A stretch of DNA of 32,000 nt from Propionibacteriaceae bacterium (GTDB lineage: Bacteria; Actinomycetota; Actinomycetes; Propionibacteriales; Propionibacteriaceae): positions 27,022 to 59,021 of the forward strand of contig JAIRQE010000014.1 in assembly GCA_031256725.1 (NCBI GenBank). Reading direction: 5' to 3'. The notes under the pieces were generated by a model. That model searched no databases, was not told the origin of the DNA, and saw only the letters and a program-made list of their open reading frames with translations. The position numbers and the translations under genes are program-made. This document shows, in pieces, positions 24,177 through 31,965 of the stretch (position 1 is the first letter of the stretch; each line of letters begins with the position of its first letter).

Positions 24177-25116
24177 CCACACTCTCCATTCCACCCAAGT
24201 ACTCAACTGTCTGATTCAGTGAGGCACAATCACGAACACTGAGGGTACGTACATCCCCATTAATCTGGCCAATGAGCTTCGACAGGGTCTGCCCTGGCCC
24301 AATCTCAATAAAAGTATCGAACCCATCAGCAACCATGTTCTCGACTGTCTGAGTCCACTGCACGGGATGATTCACCTGGCGGGCCAAGAGTTCCTGGGGA
24401 TCCCCATAAGGCATCCCCGTCATATTCGAGTACAACGGCATCAGCCCTTCCCCGAAGCTCATCTCGGCCACAATACTGGTGAGTTCGGCTGATGCTACGT
24501 CCATCAGCGGGGAGTGAAAGGCTCCGCTCACAGGCAGTTTGAGCGCCTTGCCACCCGCCTCATTCACGGCCTTGGTGAGGTCGTCTGCACGGTCAGGACT
24601 ACAGGCAACAACAGTTTGTACGGGGGAGTTGTAGTTCACTGGGTACACCCCACCGCAACAGTGAGCTAGATCCTCGATCTGGGCAACATTTAGCTTAAGA
24701 ATGGCAAACATCACCCCTGGATTTTCTTCCCCTGCGCGATGCATGGCCTCAGCTCTGCGACATACGAACTGGAAACCTTGGGTGAGGGTCATGTACCCAA
24801 CCTGGCAAGCAGCTGCAACCTCGCCAAGTGAGAATCCTGCAGCGCCCGACATCATGTGAGTGAACGCAAAGTAGCCGAGGGACTCTTCCAAGGCTGCCAC
24901 GCACGCCATATCGACTGTGTACAAACATGGCTGGGTATTGGCGGTGATATTGAGGTTCTCCTTGGGCCCCTCAAAACACAGGACCCTCACACCTGGACGT
25001 ACAGCCTCAGCCTCATTGAAGACTCGACGAGCAGCAGGGGATGCTTCATAAAGATCCTGGCCCATTCCCACTGCTTGAGCACCCTGGCCAGCGAAAACGA
25101 GAGCTATGCGACCCAC
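24169..25116 (-). CDS. fabD: Malonyl-CoA:ACP transacylase.
   Basis: 315 aa. FAGQGAQ, the active-site GFSLGE and VSGAFHSPLM are present. Confidence 0.9.
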   Translation of the reverse strand: MGRIALVFAGQGAQAVGMGQDLYEASPAARRVFNEAEAVRPGVRVLCFEGPKENLNITANTQPCLYTVDMACVAALEESLGYFAFTHMMSGAAGFSLGEVAAACQVGYMTLTQGFQFVCRRAEAMHRAGEENPGVMFAILKLNVAQIEDLAHCCGGVYPVNYNSPVQTVVACSPDRADDLTKAVNEAGGKALKLPVSGAFHSPLMDVASAELTSIVAEMSFGEGLMPLYSNMTGMPYGDPQELLARQVNHPVQWTQTVENMVADGFDTFIEIGPGQTLSKLIGQINGDVRTLSVRDCASLNQTVEYLGGMESVDA

Positions 25117-26051
25117 TGAGGTGCTTTCCTAAGAATGGCCTCAGCCTCAGTGATGACATCAGTGATGATTTCTTCAGCACTCTGCTCAGCAGCGATGAGT
25201 CCTGCAATCTGGCCTGCCATGAAACAGCCCTTGTCTTCGTCACCATCTTGAGCAGCTAAACGAAGAGCACCTTCGCCAAGCTTCTCCAGTTCCTCATTCG
25301 ACACAGTTGCGTCGTACTCTTTCTCAAAGAAGGCTCGTGAGAAGGGGGACTTGAGGGAGCGTACAGGATGACCCAAGCGTTTGCCTGTGGAGATCGTGTC
25401 GATGTCTTTGGCAGCGAGGATTCTGTCCTTGTAATGCTGGTGGATGGAGCATTCTTTGGCGACCAGGAATCGTGTTCCCATTTGTACCCCTGAGGCTCCG
25501 AGCATCAGGGCTGCGGCGAACCCGCGACCGTCGCCGATCCCGCCAGCAGCGAGTACAGGGATAGTGACAGCGTCAGAAACCTGCGGAACCAAAGCCATAG
25601 TAGTGAGGTCACCGATGTGACCTCCACTTTCACCGCCTTCGGCCACCACTGCAGCAGCACCCAGGCGTTCCACGACCTTTGCGATCCCAGATGAGGGTAC
25701 GACTGGGATCACGAGGGAACCGGCCTCATGCCAGGCCTTCATGTAGGGAGCGGGGGAGCCAGCACCAGTGGTGATGACGGGTACCTTCTCCTCAGCCACC
25801 ATCTGAGCGACCTCTGTAACTGAGGGGCTCATGAGCATGACATTGACACCAAAAGGCTTGTCAGTCAGTGTTTTGGCTGTGCGGATCTGCTCTTGTACAA
25901 CCGACGCAGGTGCGTGGCCGGCAGCGATGATGCCGAGCCCTCCGGCATTCGACACCGCCGCAGCAAGCTTGGCATCGGAGATCCAAGCCATTGCCCCTTG
26001 AAAAATGGGGTACTTGATCCCCAGGAGATCACAGATCGGTGAGGAGATCAT
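25104..26051 (-). CDS. fabK: Enoyl-ACP reductase II (FMN-dependent, NPD-like).
   Basis: 315 aa. The N-terminus ICDLLGIKYPIFQGAMAWISDAKLAAAVSNAGGLGIIA and the segment VLAAGGIGDGRG are typical of FabK. Its position between acpP and fabD matches streptococcal clusters. Confidence 0.85.
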   Translation of the reverse strand: MISSPICDLLGIKYPIFQGAMAWISDAKLAAAVSNAGGLGIIAAGHAPASVVQEQIRTAKTLTDKPFGVNVMLMSPSVTEVAQMVAEEKVPVITTGAGSPAPYMKAWHEAGSLVIPVVPSSGIAKVVERLGAAAVVAEGGESGGHIGDLTTMALVPQVSDAVTIPVLAAGGIGDGRGFAAALMLGASGVQMGTRFLVAKECSIHQHYKDRILAAKDIDTISTGKRLGHPVRSLKSPFSRAFFEKEYDATVSNEELEKLGEGALRLAAQDGDEDKGCFMAGQIAGLIAAEQSAEEIITDVITEAEAILRKAPQWVA

Positions 26052-26053
26052 GA

Positions 26054-26269
26054 TTAGTTGGCAGTCTCTAGAACGGTCAACACATCGTTTACACAGGTGA
26101 TTTCGCCGTTCATATCAATGGATACGCCCAGCTTCTCTTCGATCTTCATGACGAGTTCGACCGATTCCAGGGAATCGAGATCCAGGGATGCGAATGTCGT
26201 CTCAGGGGTGATGGTCAGTGTGGAATCATTCTTGTATTCCTTGATAACTTCAACGATGTCCTCGAGCAT
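26054..26269 (-). CDS. acpP: Acyl carrier protein.
   Basis: 71 aa. The phosphopantetheine attachment motif LDLDSLESVELVMKIEE (DSL) is present. Confidence 0.9.
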   Translation of the reverse strand: MLEDIVEVIKEYKNDSTLTITPETTFASLDLDSLESVELVMKIEEKLGVSIDMNGEITCVNDVLTVLETAN

Positions 26270-26293
26270 GGTATTTCCTTTTCTTTCTTGGGG

Positions 26294-27256
26294 TTATTCC
26301 CATTCGATTACGCTGCTTCCGCAGGTCATTCCTGCCCCGAAAGCACAGAGCAGAAGTTTCTGCCCTGGTTGGATTGAGTGAGCCATCCTCAACTCATGGA
26401 GGAGGGCGGGGATGCTGACAGCCGACATATTGCCGTACTCAGCAATGTTCATGGGGAACTTCTCTGGACTCAACTCCAGTCGAGAGATGGCGAAGTCGAT
26501 GATCCTGCGATTCGCCTGGTGAATCAGATAGTGGTCGATCTCGTCAGCGTGCCATCCGAGGGTGTTGAGGGCTGTGATGATTTCTTCTTCCATCAGTGAG
26601 ACGGCGTACTTGAACACCTTCTGGCCATCAAGGAATATCGGAGTTGCCTCATCGGGGGTGGCGAGTGGGTTCGTACCACTCATCTTGCGTTTCATGGTGA
26701 TGACATCCATGTCTGGGCGGGTCTGAAGGTTGATGTACTTCAAGCCCTGACCCTTGGTGACCACGACGGCTGCAGCACCATCACCGAAGAGGATACATGT
26801 GCGTCGATCCGACCAGTCGACATGGGAGGACATACGTTCACCAGTGACAATGAGTACAGTCGTAGCTCGACCGGTCGCAATCAATGCCGAGGCATAATCG
26901 AGACAGTAGAGGAACCCCACACAGGCAGCATTGAGGTCAACAGAGGGGGCTGTAGCCCCAATATGGTCAGCGACATGCGAGGCCAGGGAGGGGGTGGAGG
27001 TCTCACAACCCATCGTTGCACCAAGGATGTAATCTATCTGTGTGGGGTGGATCGAGGAGTTTTTCAATGCTGAGGCGGCTGCTTGATTAGCCAAGTCAAC
27101 AAGGGTTTCAGTGGTACAAATATTGCGATGACTGATGCCGGTCATCGTCTGGATCCACTCATCAGTGGTATCGATACCCATGATGTGGGCGAGTTCGTCA
27201 TTGGACACACGTCGGCTTGGTATGCCGATTCCGGTCCCAAGGATTTTGATGGTCAC
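26294..27256 (-). CDS. fabH: 3-oxoacyl-ACP synthase III.
   Basis: ORF 26294..27427 is trimmed to the GTG at 27256 (VTIKILGTGIGIPSRRVSNDEL). This GTG overlaps the fabT stop as GTGA. The result is 320 aa with catalytic Cys (NAACVGFLY), His (LIHQANRRII) and Asn (GNMSAVSIP). Confidence 0.9.
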   Translation of the reverse strand: MTIKILGTGIGIPSRRVSNDELAHIMGIDTTDEWIQTMTGISHRNICTTETLVDLANQAAASALKNSSIHPTQIDYILGATMGCETSTPSLASHVADHIGATAPSVDLNAACVGFLYCLDYASALIATGRATTVLIVTGERMSSHVDWSDRRTCILFGDGAAAVVVTKGQGLKYINLQTRPDMDVITMKRKMSGTNPLATPDEATPIFLDGQKVFKYAVSLMEEEIITALNTLGWHADEIDHYLIHQANRRIIDFAISRLELSPEKFPMNIAEYGNMSAVSIPALLHELRMAHSIQPGQKLLLCAFGAGMTCGSSVIEWE

Positions 27257-27738
27257 TGTACCGCCTGGGTTTCGCGTACGAAGAACTGGTTGAGTCTGGA
27301 GATCACTTCGAGAAGGAGGCTTCGTTCCTCGGGCGCGAATTGACTGGAGACATTGCGTACCATCCGCTGATGGAAGATGGTGTGGGCCCGGTCGATGAGT
27401 TTCCCCGACTCGGTGAGTTCGATCCATACACTTCGGCCATCGGTGTCCGAGGGCTTCTTGAGAATGTACCCCTTCTGCTCCATCTTTTTGATGGCGATGG
27501 TGGCCGTGGGCACAGCAATCTGCATCTGTGTGGCGATCTGGCTCACAGTCACCTTCACCTTTTCCCCGAGGCGAGCGATGCAGTCGATCATGTGGGCTTC
27601 GCCGATGGTGAGGGTGGTTCCCAGTAATGTCTTGAGCGCTGAGGTTTCGTACTTCAAAATCGTGTCAAAGGTGTCCACAAGGAGATCATTCAACCCGGTT
27701 TCAAAATCGGCCAGGGATAGGGATGCGGTTTGTGTCAT
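27253..27738 (-). CDS. fabT: MarR-family transcriptional regulator at the head of the FASII string (FabT-like).
   Basis: 161 aa. The winged-HTH segment is VTVSQIATQMQIAVPTATIAIKKMEQKGYILKKPSDTDGRSVWIELTESG. A strong RBS, GAGGAGG, lies upstream. The FabT call rests on position only. Confidence 0.7.
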   Translation of the reverse strand: MTQTASLSLADFETGLNDLLVDTFDTILKYETSALKTLLGTTLTIGEAHMIDCIARLGEKVKVTVSQIATQMQIAVPTATIAIKKMEQKGYILKKPSDTDGRSVWIELTESGKLIDRAHTIFHQRMVRNVSSQFAPEERSLLLEVISRLNQFFVRETQAVQ

Positions 27739-27774
27739 CAGTACACCTCCTCAGGTTCCAGGTGATGCATTTAA

Positions 27775-27791
27775 TTAGTGAGGCTAACTAA
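27775..27791. promoter_or_regulatory. Candidate operator: 17-bp pseudo-palindrome upstream of fabT.
   Basis: TTAGTGAG-G-CTAACTAA has 7 of 8 arm positions complementary. It lies 37-53 nt upstream of the fabT ATG and downstream of the predicted -10 element. Confidence 0.4.
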
Positions 27792-27801
27792 GTACATAGA
27801 A

Positions 27802-27831
27802 AGCATAAAGGACCCACCACCCATCAGTCAA
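27802..27831 (-). promoter_or_regulatory. Candidate sigma-70-type promoter for fabT.
   Basis: The minus strand reads TTGACT (27831-27826), an 18-nt spacer, then TATGCT (27807-27802). It lies in the 111-bp gap between dtd and fabT. Confidence 0.4.
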
Positions 27832-27849
27832 GCAAGGTGAGGGGTTAGG

Positions 27850-28311
27850 TCAGGATTCGATGATGATTGTCACAGGGCCAGAGTTGGTCAGACTGACCTC
27901 CATCCAGGCCCCGAACCTCCCCGTCTCCACGTGGGCTCCCAGGGTACGAAGGTGGTCAACAAAGTGATTGAAAATAGGCAGAGCAACATCGGATTTTGCG
28001 GCAGCCTCCCAGGAGGGTCGCCGTCCCTTGCGAGTGTCCGCGTAGAGAGTGAATTGGCTGATGACCAGCAGGGGAGCATCCACATCGGAACACGACAGGT
28101 CTCCACGGCTCCACGCTTCAGGGGTGATACCTTCCATACCGTCAAGGATTCGTAGCCCCCAGATCTTGGTGGCGAGTTTCTCGGCTGTGGCGAGGGTGTC
28201 ATCATGGGTGATACCGACCAGGAGAACCAGTCCAGGTGAGGGGAGTTGCCCCACAACCTCACCATCAACAACGACCTGGCCATAGGTTGCACGCTGTGCC
28301 ACAATCCTCAT
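27850..28311 (-). CDS. dtd: D-aminoacyl-tRNA deacylase.
   Basis: 153 aa. MRIVAQRA, VISQFTLYADTRKGRRPSW and NSGPVTIIIES are characteristic Dtd motifs (SQFTL and GPVT). It overlaps the upstream gene by ATGA. Confidence 0.9.
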   Translation of the reverse strand: MRIVAQRATYGQVVVDGEVVGQLPSPGLVLLVGITHDDTLATAEKLATKIWGLRILDGMEGITPEAWSRGDLSCSDVDAPLLVISQFTLYADTRKGRRPSWEAAAKSDVALPIFNHFVDHLRTLGAHVETGRFGAWMEVSLTNSGPVTIIIES

Positions 28312-29090
28312 GAGGTACCCAATCGTAGAGAAATCTCAGCAGCAAGACGCAGGTACCGTGCTCGCGGTTCCGAGCCAAGGGTACCCAGGATGCGCGGGTC
28401 CCAGGTTTCGTCTCCAAGATGGTCTGCTGCATAAATGAAGTGGTGAACATCGACACCACGGAATTGCGCGAAAGCCGCTATCGCGGAGGCCTCCATGTCC
28501 ACTGCAATACAACCGGCTTCAATCCGCTTAGACAGGTTCGCCTGGGTCTCGCGGAAGAAAGCATCCGTGGTCCACACCTTGCCGAGCGTATGTGGGATAC
28601 CCATCTCAGTCAGGATCTCGGAAGTCTTCGTGGCCGTTGAGATGTCGATGAAGTCACTCGCCTCAGCGTAGTGGTAGCTCGTACCCTCATCGCGGTAGGC
28701 CTGTGTGGGAATAATGACTCCACCAGTGTCAAGGTTGGGTACAAGAGTCCCACAGGTACCGAAAACAACGAACTTCTTCACCCCAAAGGCGACAGCCTTC
28801 TCCAAAGTCGCCACAGTTGTGGGAGCGCCAACAGGCGAGAGACAGGCCCCCAGACTGCTCCCCTTGTACTCAAAACTGAAGGCCTGCCCTGCCAGCGAAG
28901 TCGTGTCATGATCCTCCTCCAAGTTCAAGCTGGCTAGGGGCTTTGCTTGAAACTGTTGAAGCAGAACCGAGAAGGTGTACGGCTGAAAGGTTACGATCAT
29001 CGTCTCAGGAAAACCCTCGATAGGTTTGATCATCTGAGCAGCGGAGATCACCTCGGGGGTGATCGGGTCAAAGGAGTCGGTTATCGGCAT
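28308..29090 (-). CDS. Nucleoside phosphorylase, PNP/UDP-1 family. Substrate unknown.
   Basis: 260 aa. The segments GAPTTVATLEKAVAFGVKKFVVFGTCG, TQAYRDEGTSYHY and CIAVDMEASAIAAFA fit the PNP_UDP_1 fold pattern (VDMEA). Confidence 0.7.
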   Translation of the reverse strand: MPITDSFDPITPEVISAAQMIKPIEGFPETMIVTFQPYTFSVLLQQFQAKPLASLNLEEDHDTTSLAGQAFSFEYKGSSLGACLSPVGAPTTVATLEKAVAFGVKKFVVFGTCGTLVPNLDTGGVIIPTQAYRDEGTSYHYAEASDFIDISTATKTSEILTEMGIPHTLGKVWTTDAFFRETQANLSKRIEAGCIAVDMEASAIAAFAQFRGVDVHHFIYAADHLGDETWDPRILGTLGSEPRARYLRLAAEISLRLGTS

Positions 29091-29143
29091 GACTCAATGA
29101 TATGGGATGCATCGTATTTTGGTTGCTTGTGGTTGGTGTGCGC

Positions 29144-29249
29144 AGAGGGTGAGACACATCTATTCTGGACACGCTCACGAAGTTGCTTCCATTCGGAAGC
29201 AACTCCTCCGCTCGGGTAAACGTCCCAGAACAGATGTGTCTCACCCTCT
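29144..29249 (-). repeat. Nested-hairpin repeat element, copy 2 (sense on the - strand).
   Basis: The arms AGAGGGTGAGACACATCTATTCTGGAC (29144-29170) and GTCCCAGAACAGATGTGTCTCACCCTCT (29222-29249) are complementary apart from one bulged C and one A:C (G:T on the minus strand). The inner hairpin is AGTTGCTTCC-ATTC-GGAAGCAACT (29181-29204). The reverse complement aligns along its length with copy 1. Confidence 0.9.
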
Positions 29250-29402
29250 CCACAGTCTTGTGCACTAATCCACTTCTTAGGTTTTGAGTCAGTGCCATGG
29301 AGGGTCGGGGGCTGGTTTTCATTTTCTTGGACTGTGGCTGGTTGGCCTTCACGCAGGCCGACCAAACCTTTCAGTGGTCCAGGATGAATGATCCGAGCGT
29401 GG

Positions 29403-29789
29403 TTACCTCAGGAAGAGGAACACGCTTGTGGCGATGATGGCTACGCTGAGGAGAAGGTACCCGCTGTTGATAAGGATCAGGGCTGGCCTCTTGCCGTCAA
29501 AGATTCCTTGCTTGGCGCAGGTGAAGATGACGAAGACAGAGGCCATGACGGCCCCAATCCATGGGCTCATGGGAAGGTTGAAGAGGATACCTGTGAGGCA
29601 AGCTGCTGCAAACCATTCGCACAGTACTGCACTCAGGATTCGCTTAGGGGCGAAAATGGCTTTGGCTTCCTCATCGGAGTAGCCCATGTACTTCTGCCAC
29701 TGTTTGCCAAACAATATGGTGTACCACAGGCACCCAAGGACAAAGGAGACGAGTGCGCCAATTGCTGCTGCGATATAAAACATGAACAA
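29403..29789 (-). CDS. DUF1761-family membrane protein.
   Basis: 128 aa with four hydrophobic segments. The N-terminal IAAAIGALVSFVLGCLWYTILFGKQWQKYMG matches the DUF1761 pattern as I remember it (..G.LWY...FGK.W...). Confidence 0.65.
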   Translation of the reverse strand: MFMFYIAAAIGALVSFVLGCLWYTILFGKQWQKYMGYSDEEAKAIFAPKRILSAVLCEWFAAACLTGILFNLPMSPWIGAVMASVFVIFTCAKQGIFDGKRPALILINSGYLLLSVAIIATSVFLFLR

Positions 29790-30038
29790 GACTTCCTTTC
29801 AAACTGGCTCGTTCGGTGTCTAGTGCGGTCAATAGACAGTACTAGCGAAGCCTGATGCCATCGTGAAGCACCATGGTTCTACCTTGATGACGAATGAACC
29901 TGAGCTCAATCGACATCCATGTAGAAGTGTCATAAAAACTAAAATCATAAAAAACAATAAAACCGCCAAACCAGGTTGCGACCGGGGGGGTGGCTGATAG
30001 TTTCCTTTTCGACGCACTGTGAAGGAAATTCCAAACGA

Positions 30039-30065
30039 TGTCGATTGGGAACTTCCTCATTCGTC
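30039..30065 (+). promoter_or_regulatory. Candidate ECF (ECF42-type) promoter upstream of the DGPF/sigma operon.
   Basis: TGTCGA (30039-30044), a 17-nt spacer, then CGTC (30062-30065), about 107 nt upstream of the yciI-like ATG. It matches my recollection of the ECF41/42-type motif (-35 TGTCGA or TGTCACA, -10 CGTC). This is unverified. Confidence 0.35.
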
Positions 30066-30171
30066 ATAGATACAAAGGGGGTTGTGAGATGGTGAAAGGA
30101 CCTCAGTGTAACCCCGCTGACAGATTGCAGGTCCGTCTCGCGACGGGTCTGCTTAACGGAAGGAATCCCTT

Positions 30172-30516
30172 ATGAAGTACACGTTAATGCTCTACAACGA
30201 TGAATCCACCTTCGGTCAACTCACTGAGGAGGACTGGGCGGGCATCAATGCTGGGTATGCAGCCTATATCCAGGCACTCAACGAGGCTGGAGTCTTCGTC
30301 GCAACCGACTACCTGAAGCCCTCCTCAGAAGGGACAACGGTCACATTGCGCTCCGGTACCCTTGAGGTCGAGGATGGCCCCTACGCCGACACGAAGGAAC
30401 AGCTTGGTGGCTACTTCGTCATCGAAGTAGCAGATCTTGATGCAGCCATCGCCTGGGCTGAAAAGTGCCCTGTAGCGAGATTCGGCATCATCGAGATTCG
30501 CCCATCTGCTCTGTGA
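30172..30516 (+). CDS. YciI-like / DGPF domain protein.
   Basis: 114 aa. MKYTLMLY..., DGPYADTKEQLGGYFVIEVADLDAAIAWAEKCP is the typical YCII/DGPF signature. Its stop overlaps the sigma-factor start as GTGA. Confidence 0.85.
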   Translation: MKYTLMLYNDESTFGQLTEEDWAGINAGYAAYIQALNEAGVFVATDYLKPSSEGTTVTLRSGTLEVEDGPYADTKEQLGGYFVIEVADLDAAIAWAEKCPVARFGIIEIRPSAL

Positions 30517-31748
30517 CCACCAGATCCGATGTTGAGGCCCGTATTGAGGAAACGGTACGGGCCTCCTACGGTCGCCTTCTCGCGATCCTTGCCTCCTCAA
30601 CCTCCGATATCGTCCTTGCAGAGGACGTACTTGCTGAGGCGCTCGCTCGCGCACTAGAGGTCTGGCCAACCAAGGGGGTACCCGACAACCCGGAGAGTTG
30701 GCTGATCACAGTTGCCCGAAACAAGCATCGTGATGACGTACGTTCCGCTTCTGCGCGTACCTCACAACCCCTCACCGTCGATCCTGAAGTGGTACTAGCC
30801 GAGGTCGATCCAGATGTCATCCCAGATAAACGCCTCTCCCTGATGTTCGCCTGTGCTCATCCTGCTGTGAGCGCAAATGTCAGAACAGCCCTCATTCTTC
30901 AAACCATCCTCGGACTTGAGGCCAAAGACATCGGCCAAGCTTTTCTTGTACCCGAGGCAACCATCGCCCAAAGATTGGTACGAGCCAAACGTCGTATCAA
31001 GGAAACCCAGATTCCCTTCAAGATCCCGGATCGTCGTGAGATGCCGGAACGTTTGGACGCTGTACTTGAGGCTATCTATGGGGCCTATTCTGCTGGGTAT
31101 CCTCTCCCGGCTGGCTTGGAGGTTCATGAATCATTGGCGGGAGAGGCGCTGTATCTAGCGTGTACTGTTGCCGAGCTGCTTTCAGGTGAAGCCGAAGCCC
31201 AGGGTCTTGCTGCTCTCATCTGTCTATCCATGGCCCGGCAGGTGAGTTCGCGCGATCCTAAGGGGGCATACATTCCTTTGGCTGACCAGGATACGTCGAC
31301 CTGGGATCGTACCCTCATTTTCCGTGGAGAAGGTTATCTTGCGAAGGCTGCGAGTCTGGGTTCTGTGGGGCGTTTTCAGTTGGAAGCAGCAATTCAATCG
31401 GCTCACTGTGAGCGAGGACGTACAGGGACTACAAACTGGGATGCGGTGGAGAAACTTTATGCAGGTCTTGTTGGTCTGTCACCTATTTTGGGCGCGCAAA
31501 TCTCCTATGGTGCTGTTGTGATGAACAATGGTCGTCCTGAAGAAGCACTGAGATATGTGGAGAGTCTCGACAATGAGGCTGTTCAAAGGTTCCAACCATA
31601 TTGGGTTCTTCGGGGTCATCTTTTCACTCGGCTTGGAAAGGCACCCCAGGCCGAAGAGAGCTTCACCAAAGCCATCTCACTCACGACCGATCCTGCCTCC
31701 CGTACCCATCTTGAAACCCTTTTAGTCAACCTCACATTCACTGCTTGA
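30513..31748 (+). CDS. ECF sigma factor with a long C-terminal TPR-like extension (ECF42-like).
   Basis: ORF 30465..31748 is trimmed to the GTG at 30513 (VTTRSDVEARIEETVRASYGRLLAIL). The sigma-2 region is PESWLITVARNKHRDDVR and the sigma-4 region is LEAKDIGQAFLVPEATIAQRLVRAKRRIKE. A ~230-aa helical C-terminal extension follows. The partner gene is a DGPF protein. Confidence 0.8.
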   Translation: MTTRSDVEARIEETVRASYGRLLAILASSTSDIVLAEDVLAEALARALEVWPTKGVPDNPESWLITVARNKHRDDVRSASARTSQPLTVDPEVVLAEVDPDVIPDKRLSLMFACAHPAVSANVRTALILQTILGLEAKDIGQAFLVPEATIAQRLVRAKRRIKETQIPFKIPDRREMPERLDAVLEAIYGAYSAGYPLPAGLEVHESLAGEALYLACTVAELLSGEAEAQGLAALICLSMARQVSSRDPKGAYIPLADQDTSTWDRTLIFRGEGYLAKAASLGSVGRFQLEAAIQSAHCERGRTGTTNWDAVEKLYAGLVGLSPILGAQISYGAVVMNNGRPEEALRYVESLDNEAVQRFQPYWVLRGHLFTRLGKAPQAEESFTKAISLTTDPASRTHLETLLVNLTFTA

Positions 31749-31965
31749 AGTCGTCCCCGTCACAGCTTCTCACAAGTATCTCCAGTTGGAATCCTTCAAG
31801 GAGTTTTACGCCGTCACTGTTTTTCGCTTGTGGGTTGTGGTGGGTGGTTGCCCACCAGAACAGCAGATATCATTAAACAAGGGCGTTGTTTGTTTCGGTA
31901 TGTGGGATGGGTGTTGACAGGTGGTGTGGGTTTGGTGGAGAGTTCAGGTTAGTACCTGATATATG

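Noticed and set aside
21762-27738. The FASII operon as a recent horizontally acquired island.
   Set aside because: By eye its GC content and codon style match the flanking housekeeping genes. There are no flanking repeats, tRNA or integrase. Any transfer would be ancient, and this needs phylogeny to test.
29829-30060. Minus-strand ORFs 29829..30017 and 29842..30060 in the long divergent spacer.
   Set aside because: There is no ribosome-binding site and the sequence is odd (FIVFYDFSFYDTSTWM). They span the AT-rich island and G7 tract and overlap the putative ECF promoter region. They are most likely non-coding.
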